A stretch of 64,000 nt of DNA from Azolla caroliniana. Its lineage: Eukaryota; Plantae; Polypodiophyta. The position numbers and the translations under genes were made by a program. The DNA is taken from NCBI GenBank assembly GCA_043228905.1, contig JBHGNT010000004.1, positions 16,616,001 to 16,680,000 of the forward strand, read 5' to 3'. The number at the start of each line of letters is the position of its first letter. The stretch's first letter is position 1. Positions 1 through 11,678 of the stretch are shown in pieces. Below the pieces are notes generated by a model. It worked only from the letters and a program-made list of their open reading frames with translations. It made no database searches and was not told the origin of the DNA.

Positions 1-59
1 CAAGGTATTCGGCTAGAGTACACAATACCAAAAACTCCATAGCTCAACAGGTTGGCCGA
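1..59 (+). pseudogene. Copia integrase fragment (host of the 60-3885 insertion; resumes at 3886-3935)
   Basis: Translates GIRLEYTIPKTP*LNRLA and continues after the insertion as KRMNQTIMERV*SML, the same core as TPELNGLAERTNRTIMERVRSML in the 55067 ORF. Confidence 0.85.
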
Positions 60-3000
60 TGTTGGCCGTTGGCAGCCAAGTATGTAATGCGGAAGGGGCG
101 AGCCAGGTTGCGGATATATAATGATATTATTAATTATAGGAACGGACGGATCCAGAATAGGTATGCCGATCCGGATCTGGACTGATTCGTTGTGCCGGTT
201 AGGCACCGTTTTGTAACACAGAACCGGAAGCCTATAAAAGGATCCGGGTATCGGTATATTAAGGGACAGAATGTTAATATAAGAAAGCTTTGTTATTATA
301 TCTTGTGGGTCTTTATGTTCTATTCCGTTCAGCGCTCAATGTATGGATCATACACGTGTAATTGGGGTATGTTGTGAAATACGAATACCGAACCGAAAGA
401 CAACCGGTTATGGTTGTCAAGTGTTGAATCCCTTACCATAACCACCCTTTGGTGAAGTGTTCCGAAGGGACACCTTGAGTTAGAGGCAAGTCGGGATGTA
501 GTCTTTCTAGAAGACAAAACGATTGAAGACTGGAAGCAACAGAAGTCGGAATCAACTCCCCAGTCAACCCCGACTACCATCAACATAAGGCCAAGTGAGT
601 CGTCACCGACAGCTGTAAGGAGACAATTGGCTGACAGAGCCGAATCCGAGTCGGTCGACTCGGAGAGACCGACTGACTATGAGTCAAAGTCGGCAGAGAT
701 GCAAAGGTCAATTGATGAATATGAGTTGGAATTACCCAACCTAGAGAGGCTGATTGACGAGCAGAATCCCAAGCAGAGAGAAGAGTTGGTAGAGACATCC
801 GAAAGTGAGCCAACAATGAGTGGAAGAAGATACCCACTCAGAGAAAGGAAAGCACTGACTACATACGCCAGTCAATACATCCTCTTGACTGATGAAGGTG
901 AACCGGAGTGTTACGAAGAAGCCATTGTCGATGAGCACAGAGTGAAATGGCTGAGCGCGATGCAAGATGAGATGGAATCCTTGCATGAGAACTACACCTA
1001 CGACCTAATAGGGCTGTTGAAAGGTAAGAGAGCGCTCAGGAATAAGTGGGTCTACAAGGTGAAGACTGGAGAAGCTAACAGTGAGCCCATGTATAAAGCC
1101 CACATAGTAGTGAAGGGTTTCCAACAGAAGAAGGGCGTCGACTTTGACGAAATATTCATAGTAGTCGTTAAGATGACATCCATCCGAATTGTTTTGAGCA
1201 TAGTGGCCAGCATGGACCTAGAGATCGAACAGTTGGATGTTAAAACCGCATTTCTGCACGGGGAGCTAGAAGAAGAAATCTATATGCAGCAACCTGAAGG
1301 CTTTGAGGAGAAAGGGAAAGAGAATCTGGTGTGTTGACTGAAGAAAATCTTGTACGGTCTGAAACAAGCTCCACGCCAATGGTACAAGAAGTTCGAGTCC
1401 TTCATGATGGAACATCGGTTCCAGAAAACACAGGTTGATCATTGTGTGTTCGTCAAAAGGTACGAAGAAGGAGACTTCTTGATTCTCTTGCCATATGTCG
1501 ATGACATGTTGATAGTCGGTCAAGATACAAGGAAGATTGGAAGCTTGAAGAAAGCTCTTAGCAAATCATTTGCCATGAAAGACCTTGGACTGGCTAAATA
1601 GATCCTGGGAATGCACATAGTTCGAGACAGAACTCAAAAGGTGCTATGGTTGTCACAACAAAAGTATGTGACGAAGATCCTAGAGAGATTTAACATGTCA
1701 GATGCAAAGTCGGTCGGCTCAGCGTTGCCGACAAATTGCAGATTGAATGCGAAGCAGTCCCCAAAAGGAGAGAAGGAAAAGGCCGAGATGAGAAAGGTAC
1801 CATATGCCTTGGCCATTGGCATTCTAATGTATGCTATGGTCTGTACGAGACCAAACATAGCATTTGTTGTAGGAGCAGTAAGCCGATATATGAGTAATCC
1901 AGGGAGAGAACACTAGGCAGTGGCGAAGTGGATACTCAAGTACTTAAAGGGCACTTCGGGGTTGTGCCTAAGGTATGGTGTCGGAAAACTTGTGCTAGAA
2001 GGTTTTACCGATTCAGACATGTCGAGAGATGTCGATTCAAGCCGATCCACGTCAAGGTACGTGATGACCTATGCAGGGGGAGTAGTGTCATGGCAGTCAC
2101 GACTGTAGAAGTCTGTAGCCTTGTCGACTACAACGGCAGAGTATATGGCAACGGTAGAGGCCGGCAAAGAGCTAATTTGGATGAGAAATTTTCTCAATGA
2201 ATTAGGGACGAAGCGAAAGGAGTTCTTGCTTCACTGTGATAGCCAAAGTGCCATACACCTTGCCAAGAATGCTGCATACCACTCCCAGACCAATCACATA
2301 CAGAGAAGGTATCACTTGTTGCGGGAGGGAGTCGAAGAAGAAGAGTTTTCTCTTGTGAAGATCCATACTGACGACAATGGATCCGACATGCTGACGAAGA
2401 ACCTACCTATGGATAAACTCAGAGTCTGTTGACAAAAGACAAGACTGACTGACTTCCTCCCACAGGAGTGAAGGGGGAGTTTGTTGGGAATATGTCCCTC
2501 CAGTGGGAGGAGGAACCGACTGTCCAGAAGTTGCTGAGAGTCGATGACTACGAGGAGCCGACTTATTGGACCAATGAGTGCCGACAGTTGAAGACAGGGA
2601 AGATCTGACTGTTCGGAAAGCCGACGGTCGAAGAGTCGAAAAACAGTGAGTCGACTGTTTGATAGTTTGACTATTATTATTATAGCAATAATAATAATGA
2701 TACGTAGCAGAGGCTACATTTGTAAATAGCCCATACAGTGTATAAGTATAAATATACTTAGGGAAAAATGAGTGTGTGTGTAGAACAGAAGTAGCGTTAG
2801 AGCGTGAGGAGTAAACAAAGAGACAGAGACAGAGTGTGGCGCCATAGCTGTGTGCGTAACAGCAAACGCCAAGATCCCTATGTGGCTGATACACTCGGAA
2901 GAGTGCTATAACATACCCTCTGTTGTATATCCACCATATAGTGAAGTTCTGTTCTCCATGGTTTTCTCCCGTTTTAGGGTTTCCACGTAAATCTCTGTGC

Positions 3001-3885
3001 ACTATTGTTTATCTTGTCTCTCTCTGGCATACTGGTGTGATTCGTATTTCAGCACAGTTCGTTTATTGTGATTCGACTGAACGATTTCTCAACATGATGA
3101 AGAACAATCTTCGGATCAACCACCAAATGGAACCGAGGCAGGAGCAACACAGCCAGACAGAGACAAAACAAAGCAAACGGATCGGAACCAGTAAAAGCCA
3201 AACGGGAGCAATGGGAAGAAGAACCGAGAGCAGAAGGAGCCGGAGAAAACGGGAATGCCAGAGATGGAAAGGACCAGCAACAGGAGCAGCGCGAGGAGTA
3301 GCCGGAGCGGGAGCAGCAAAGTGAGGAACCTCTCGAACCCCTTGACCAGAGTATCTTGGACATACTTGATGAAGAGTAGTGGAGCTACCCATGGGTTCAA
3401 CGTACAATGTACTGTCCCACAGGCGTGCCATGTGTTGGCCATTGGCAGCCAAGTATGTAATGAGGAAGGGGCGAGTCGGGTTCCGGATATATAATGATAT
3501 TATTAATTATAGGAACAGACGGATCCGGAATAGGTATGCCGATCCGAATCCGGACCGATTCGTAGCCGGTTGCCGATTAGGCACCGTTTTGTAACACATA
3601 ACCAAAGGCCTATAAAAGGATCCAAGTATCGATGAATTAAGGGACGGAATGTTAATATAAGAAATCTTTGTTATTATATCTTGTGGATCTTTATGTTCTA
3701 TTCCGTTCTGCGCTCAATGTATGGATCTTACGAGTGTAATTGGGGTATGTTGTGAATACGAATACCGAACCGAAAGACAACCGGTTATGGCTGTCAAGTG
3801 CTGAATCCCTTACTGTAACCACCCTTTGGTGAAGTGTTCCGAAGGGACACCTTGTGTTAGAGGCAATTCTGGCCCAGGAGAAACA
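60..3885. mobile_element. Internally deleted LTR retrotransposon, probably Ty3/Gypsy (tRNA-Arg-type PBS); LTRs 60-488 (last ~20 bp lost) and 3433-3885
   Basis: Two ~430-450 bp direct repeats TGTTGGCC...GAAACA; degenerate TSD GCCGA/ACCAA; minus strand next to 3433 reads TGGCACGCCTGTGGGAC (PBS-like). No pol remains, and orientation is ambiguous. Confidence 0.8.
489..3094 (+). mobile_element. 3' half of a degenerate Ty1/Copia element (integrase end, RT, RNase H, PPT, 3' LTR 2482-3094)
   Basis: SRDVVFLEDK, QLDVKTAFLHG, YGLKQAPRQW, YVDDML and HCDSQSAIHLAKN motifs broken by stops; PPT GAAGGGGGAG; LTR TGTTGGGAA...TTCTCAACA. Confidence 0.93.
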
Positions 3886-3939
3886 ACCAAGAGGATGAAC
3901 CAAACCATAATGGAAAGGGTCTGAAGCATGTTACCAGAT

Positions 3940-4939
3940 GCCATTTCTCAACTCTTGGGACTCCAATTCCGGCCTCTCCCTCATTGTGTGTTGGTTTTTG
4001 TAACCAACGGCTTTGGATCGGTTCCGGATTCACGGTCCTTCAGGCAAGCTTCTTCATCCAACAAGCTTGATAGGGATAGGTGTTTCCCTTCCGGCTCGGC
4101 GTTGCCCAAAGTGACAACCAATGTCTCCCAACTATCCGGGAGGGAACCGAGCAACAACAACTTGAGTACCTCGTCAACTAGAGGTACTTCCAACGAGGTA
4201 GACTGATTTATAAGCCCTTGGAAGGCATTCGTGTGCTTCGCCATGCTGTAGCCCTCTTGATATCTGAGTCTCACTAACTTCCGGAATACCGAGACTCGAT
4301 TTATGGCATTCTTGTTTTGAAACATGATGCCTATCTTCTCCTAGAGTTCATGAGCCTTACTCTCTTCATTGAAGTTGTTGTACAAGCTCATGTCGATGAA
4401 GCATCGGATGTAGGTTGTAGTCTTCATGTGCATTACCTCACAAGTTGGCGCATCTATCTTGTCTGGTCTTGCATCTCCGAACTGTACCGGCATCCAAAGA
4501 TCTTTGACCACCAACATGTCCCTCATCTTTGACTTCCATATTGGGTAGTTGGAGCCAGTGAGCTTGAACATGGCCGCCGAATGGGTTTTCCATGCTATAT
4601 AGAGGCTTAAAAAACTTGCTCTGATACCATATTGTGGAGAAACAGTGCTCAGCCACAACCGAGTTTTAAATACACAATGGAAGAACGGAACAAAACAAGT
4701 ATATTGATACACACTTGCACATGAAATAAGATGAGGATGAATGCACTTACACATTCAACACGAGACGACATAGGATATTAACGTGGAAACCCTAATCAGG
4801 GAAAACCAAGGGAGTTCACTGAACTCCGAACAAGATCACTCTGAGGAGAGGTATTACAAGGCGAGACTCTGAGGCAACAACCTCGAGCTCTGTCTTCGCC
4901 AACCGACGGTTACAACAGAAAAAGCTTTCTGTCTCTCTC

Positions 4940-4974
<35 letters not shown>

Positions 4975-5236
4975 AAGTACAACAATACAACAACTATTGT
5001 TCGATACAATATAGAATAGTGTTGCCCTAGTTATATTTATACATATATAACTTTAGGGGCTATTTACAAAAGTGGCCTCAACGGCCCATAAGAAACATAT
5101 TTACAAATCTATCTCTCTTCACTGTTCATACCATATCCGGTTGAACTCCTTCCGGATCCATCCGATCCAGCTTCGTCCTCCGGATCCTCCAATCTGGATC
5201 AACCGGTCCCCATCCGGAGGGACCAATATCTCAACA
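3940..5236 (-). mobile_element. 5' part of a Copia family A element: 5' LTR 5236-4633, tRNA-iMet PBS 4629-4618, degenerate gag
   Basis: Minus strand TGTTGAGA...CTCCACA then TGGTATCAGAGC; gag MFKLTGSNYPIWKSKMRDMLVVKDLW...LLGSLPDSWETLVV. Confidence 0.9.
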
Positions 5237-6060
5237 GTTATCTATAAAATACGTATTCTAAGTATTTTGTAGATAACATACAAGTATTCTACGTGTATTG
5301 TATGTTAAGTATTCTAAAATAATGTACAACATATAACCTTATTATAGATTCCGGAAATTGCAAGCATATATTCACTTGGCATCTCAAGTTCTTCTATTCA
5401 TCTCCGAAGATTCTCACGAGGTACCATGTCATGCACTTGATTTTATCTTGCATAGCTACTTAATTTTAACAACAAATTTGTTTTGTGTTTGTATTTACCA
5501 CACACTTTGTTGTCATCACTTTTGTATTGTAGCTCATAATTTTCATTTAATTCCCATTAGTGGTTATTGAGCTCTTGATCTAGTTATTTTGATGCTTAAC
5601 TCTTATTGTTCATTTTCTTCTCAACCAGACTTCCAACCCACTTGAAAATTGACATTTCAGTGTTTTAATCCTTTCACACATGACACATCTTGACAATGTT
5701 AAGTTGGAGAAGCACTTGGTCTCTCATCATAAGTTGGTTGAATTAGTTGTCAAATTCAACAAGGATATTTAGGATCATCATATTTCTTGGATTCATTCGA
5801 CACAATCCATGTATGCATGCCACACCATCTTTGTACCATTGTCAATGTCAAATGTTTCAAGCATGGCATACTCGAATCTTGCCCAACTTGTTTTGCCTTC
5901 TTGAAGACACAATTTTGTAGGTGTTCGATCGCAACTTGACCAAATGAATGAAACCCTCAATGCCTTGGCAACCCTCTCCACCTTGTAGTCATTTAAGTAA
6001 CGATACATGTTATGACCATAGAATCGATGTCCCTCTTATCTCCACCTCACTTGGTGCCAA

Positions 6061-6553
6061 TCTATTCCATTGCCACACTTATCTCCACATCACTTGTTGA
6101 TCTTGTAGCATTTTTTCAAAAATCACCACCATAATGTTCATCAATCTCTAATTTTCTATCTCTTCACCACTTGTTCACAACAATCTATTTCATTGCCACT
6201 CTTATCTCTACATCACTTGTTGGTCTTGTAGCATTTTTTCAAAAATCACCACCATAATGTTCATCAATCTTGAATTTTCCATCTTGTCACCATTTGTTCA
6301 CAACAATCTATTTCATTGCCACTCTTATCTCCACATTGCTTGTTGATCTTCTAGCATTTTTTTCATGAATCACCATCATAACGTTCATCACTCTCTAATT
6401 TTCCATATCTTCACAACTTGTTCACAACAATCTACTTCATTGCCACTCTTATCTCCACATCACTTGTTGATCTTTTAGCAGTTTTTCAAAAATCACCACC
6501 CTAATGTTCATCACTCTCTAATTTTCCATTTCTTCGCCACTTGTTCACAACAA
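6061..6553. repeat. Tandem repeat, 4 copies of a ~123-bp unit
   Basis: Units start at 6061, 6184, 6307 and 6431 (TCTATTTCATTGCCACTCTTATCTCCACATCACTTGTTG...CTTGTTCACAACAA). Confidence 0.9.
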
Positions 6554-8382
6554 GTTCACCAATTGTCGAGCGAAAGCACATCAAATCTGTGTCTATGTGA
6601 GTGGAACCACCAAGGTTCTAGAAAGAGCTATGGATGAGATGGATTAATAAAGGTATGTTGAGGGTGAAGTATACCCTTGGTGCAAGAAGAAATGGATACA
6701 ATACAATAGGCTTAGTTGGGAAACATGTGTGTAATAACTTGAAGGGAAATACATAAAAGTAAATAGAATCAAACCGTACAACAATACAAAGCTTTGTTGG
6801 CTTTCATTCCTCTTGATGACCAACTTTTAGGGGTTAATTTAGATGTGGGTGAAACTATTGGTCGTAGGCAACGCAACAACTCTTCTTGTGATTGCCACTT
6901 CCAATCCATCTATTACCAATGAAGCATTTGTCATGATGCTGATGGATTCCTGGAAGTCCCTAGCTGAACATGGTCCCCAAACATCAAGCTCTTTGAAGCT
7001 CCACCAACATTAGAAGGTGTTATGAAAGATGAAGCCATCTTGGCTATCATTGATCTCTTGCCTCCCCTTACCTCCACGCCCTCCATTCTTACTTGAAATT
7101 GTTCATGGATTCCACTACCTCATGTGCGTACCATGTTGTTGGCCATTTGGTGAGTGTGTACATGGCTTGAAAGCCATACTACATAAAATAAGTAGTAAAA
7201 TAAGTACAATAAATATGCTTTAGATGTTGTAGCACTAAATTATGATGATAGTAATTGTTGGTTAATAAACCAAAGTCTAAGATCGTAGTCGATTAAACGA
7301 CATTATAATGATAGCAATTGTTGGTCAATAAACCAAAGTCCAATATCTTACTTGGGCAAGTAACCAAAGCTATAGAAGAAATTGGCAAAACTATGACCAA
7401 CCTCCTTTCTTGTGCACAATGTTGTTGTTGCTATAGAAAATGTATGAATGGACATGTTTTCATTAATACATCCACATTGTTTGTAAGTTGCAAGTGATAC
7501 TTTTTCGTGATTGAAGCATCACCCTTCACAAAAAGTGGGGTTTCCTTATCATTTCCTGACAAGAAGTTGAATGGTGGTGTGTATATCATTTTATGACAAG
7601 AAGTGTGATTTCCTTATCCACTCCAATGTATGTTTTCCACTCCCATATAGTTCCCTTAAAGACCATCTTTACATTTTCATATTAGGTTTTACAACACTAT
7701 CTTCCAACAAAATATTAAATCAACACTCAAAGGGCAACCCTAAATAGATCATTTGAAATGATCAAATATAACTTCCTAGCACACAATAGTGTAATGACCA
7801 AAAGAATCCCTTTTAGGGCTACGACCATTCATTTCATGACACATTTGTTCAACAAAACAAGTTCTAAAGATTCTATCAAGTGTATATAGATGTACGTTGA
7901 GAATATTGAGGGACCCATACATTCTTGGGGAGCACAAATGTTCCAAACTTGACATTTCCTTTCCCAATGTTTGAGTATTTTTGGAGCTTAGCTAATCAAA
8001 TTTTTAGGGAAGAGCAATAGATAAGTGGTATGTGGCAACGAATATAAGCATTAACTATAGATATCACATTTAAAAACTTGGCATAAAGTTTCCAAGTGGA
8101 TAACTTCCAAGATTACAAAAATGCATTTACCTTCTTTAGCCCCTGCCACCAGTTCAAGTTGTGTATTTTGTTGAGCCATTCCGTTGTGGAGGATAACCAA
8201 GATGTCAGATCAATGCACTCAACCCAGATTGGCATTGAGGAATTTCAGGGCAAGCATAAACAATATAGAGCCAAAGAGATGCACATACACTTCACACACA
8301 AGATTGACAACGTCACCACGAATGATAGTGGCACACACAACTTGTTTGACCAATACAAGGGACAACCTAAAGATGTCTAACC

Positions 8383-8386
8383 AACA

Positions 8387-8458
<72 letters not shown>
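8383..8458. repeat. (CA)n microsatellite
   Basis: Direct inspection. Confidence 0.95.
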
Positions 8459-8459
<1 letters not shown>

Positions 8460-8719
8460 GTTGGATAGAGAGGGGGTAATGTGTGATGACCACAGGTGAT
8501 CCAAACAGACAGAACAAGGGACACAAATTGCCATTGGCATCTACACGGATACGAACATAAACATCGACATGGATATTGGTATTGATACTAACTAATGTTG
8601 ACGGGGCAGGGGACACGTTAACCTTCGGATAGACACCATCCTTCTCAATGTACATATGTACTCCTAATAAGTTATAACCCTTTCTCAAGTTTGGGAGGTT
8701 TAGGCTATAGGCTATAGCT

Positions 8720-11652
8720 AGCTATATTCTCTTTCCTTCTCATACATATATTTTGTTCATAAAAGTATTTTCAAAGAGGTTTTTTGCTCTCTCTTTGTCT
8801 CTTCTGCTTCTTCTTCTTCTTCTTCTTCTTCGTCTTGCAAAGGAAAACACTCCTATTTCAACAGGTATGCTTTCTCTCTGTTTATCCCCCCCCCCTTGTG
8901 CAGATTAGTGTTAGATTTTGATCCGTTTTATTCTCACATCTAGGTTTGCATTCTCTTCTGTTTCTGCCATTAACTCACTTCTCACCTATAGATTTAGGGT
9001 TAGAATTTCCTTTTCTTATCCTTTCTGAAAAGTAATTGTGTCCTCAGTTTCTGCATGTGCTGTTGTAAGCATAAGTGTATGAACTAGATTTAAGCTTGCG
9101 ATTAGTATCAGGGTTAGATTTCGTTGTTTTAATCATATGCTCAGAATTCTTCTTTTTTTTTAAAGCAGTTTTTCTTCTCTATTGCCGGATGTGGATTGTA
9201 TAATCAGGGTTTTAAGGTTATAGCTTTTCTTCTTCTAAAAATCATCATGTTGTCTTACCCAAAGTCATTGTTTGAGCAGGAAAGTTAACTTTAAAAACAT
9301 TTTTCTCAAGGAGATTGAATCAACCTTGAAGAGATTCTTTAGAGGAGAAAAGTTAATCCTAAAGACATAATGTCGAGGAGAAAAGTTAGCTTTAAAGCCA
9401 TTTTACTAACAGAAAAGCGATGGCTACCTATTAACCATGATGATACATTTGAGTTTTTGCTGCAAGCTGCGGCATATATATAGTGCTTATGCTTTGGTGG
9501 CATGGCCTTTAATGGACGATATCCATTTCAAGTTTTGATTGTAAGAAAACGAATTTGTAAAGCCATGTTTTTTTAGTGGATAACTCAGCCTTAAAGTTTA
9601 GGGAGAAATGTGTTTATAAGTCCTAGGTCTGTAGATAATGAAGAACAGATTACTCTTTAAAATTATTGGATGTTCCCTACCAAAATTCAACCAATCTAAG
9701 ATATCCCCATAAAAAGGTTTTTTAAAGGTAACTAGAAAACCCCAAAAAGTTTAAGGTATCCCCACCAAACGGTGACAAATGATTGGTTGATCTACATTCA
9801 TGTCATGACTACCAAGGAATGAAGGATTGTAATGGTATAGGTTGTAAGGTTTTATTTGTAAAGTTTCTTTGAGGTTATAGAGTCCTATAGCATGTGCAGT
9901 TGTAAAGTCCTAAGCAGTTGCATGCAGAGCTCATGCGTTTTACATCTATAATATATATAAAAGGAGGATTCCCTCCGGCTTGATTTTAAGTAGATCAACA
10001 TGAGGCATACAACATCAATCCTTTGATTGCTATCTTGTTGTTGCCAACCGTTTCTCCTTCCTTCTCGATTCTACACCTCTTCCCCACGGGTTCTGCCTAG
10101 GTTCATTGTGTGATCCAACATTGCTTGTCCATCCACTCATCCCTCCTCCATCTCCTTTGATCCATTCCCATCCTCTTGTCCAACCATTGGCCCTTGTCCT
10201 CTTCCTCTTCCTCATCTTTCTGCAATCCAATTACACTCATCCTTGTGCCTGCTAATTGTCAACATCCTCCAATCTGATCACATTCACCCATCTGCGAAAG
10301 TGGGGAGAAAGATGGGTTCGAAATTAAGGCATATCCGACAAAACCAGCTATCTATCCAGTACCCTATAGATTCTGTCAAGTTAACATTTCCTTTCCGAAA
10401 AGTATATTTTTTCACAAGATTGTGTGAATAGCACATTTCTTCTCAATATTCCTTTATGCACATTCCTGTTGATTATCTGTGTCAATCAGCTAGGGGCACA
10501 CAATATTACATTGGATAGAGTCACACAGATTGCAGGAATTTCTCAGATTGCCCTGACCTTGGTGTGATGGACAATGTATACGATGTCATGAGATTGTTCT
10601 TCTGTTATGATGTAATTTAATAACTAATTTATGTATCATTATTTATTTTTCGACCCGCTTTTCAACAGCTGTTGAGATAGGGCAAGAAGACATTTTCTGG
10701 CCAATGTGGAATGGGCGAGTGCCCCAGTTCCTAGACTGGAGCAGCCAATGCATGCAAGTCCAGGGATCAATCATGTGGTCATTCCAGTTAGGGTTTGGTT
10801 CTGATGTGTATGGAGTTGTATGTAAAGTTGTACGTATAAAGTCACTGTAGGTTAGGCTCTGTATAAATTCACTCAAAAGTTATGAGTGGATGAAGATGGT
10901 TTTTTGAAGAGGTGACACTTGGTATCAAGAACTTTCCAATAGTGACATACTGGATTATATGTTGATCGGGTCATAAAGCTTTACAGGTAATGATAGAAAG
11001 TTGAATTGAATGATCTGATGGTCCTAAAGCACATTGGAAAGAATGATAGTTTCTAACCATGTATAGCACTAGGACGATGTTTTATTTTGAGGTGCTAAGA
11101 TAGTGCCAACAGACTTTTACCGGTGGCCTCAGAGTTTTACATCATATGCTTAACTGGAACACAATCACCATCCGCATTTTATTTGTGATTATACTTTCGT
11201 AGAGATGTATACAGTTAGCGCTTTCACTTTGAGTGTTGTGTAATTTCTTGTGTTTGCTTGATCCTCAAATTAACTTAGGATGGTACATTGTAAGTGAGCA
11301 GTTATAGCCATTTATAGTTTTTGTTGTATGACCTATTGAGTTCAAGGAAATGTATAGTGCGTATGCTGTTTTATCAACAGATTAGCTATGAGGTTATGTT
11401 GTAAGCTGAGCATTTATATTCATCAATCATTGGGCTCTTTGTTATTTGTGCTATTTCGTGCATCAAGAAAAAAAACTATATCCATGAATCTTCGGCTTTT
11501 GGATTATCACCTCTTGAGTTGCAAGAAGTAGCCATTTTCAATGCTTAAATATTTGTTTATATGTGCTGTTTGAACACCCAATTAATCTACTATATTATTT
11601 TATAAGTGAGAGAACATGTATTCTTACAATTCATTTTGCTTTTAATACTTAG
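8720..11652 (+). other. Putative 5' UTR exon (ending 8864) and long 5' UTR intron of the MFS gene
   Basis: CT/CTT-rich leader followed by CAG|GTATGC donor at 8865; U-rich acceptor (TTAG 11652 or ACAG 11656) shortly before the ATG at 11679. Inferred, with no transcript evidence. Confidence 0.4.
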
Positions 11653-11678
11653 ACAGTAAAGCAGCAGCAATTGCCTGC

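Noticed and set aside
9944-9970. Helitron-like 5' end (A|TCTATAATATATATAAAAGGAGG)
   Set aside because: No matching 3' hairpin plus CTAG|T terminus could be identified
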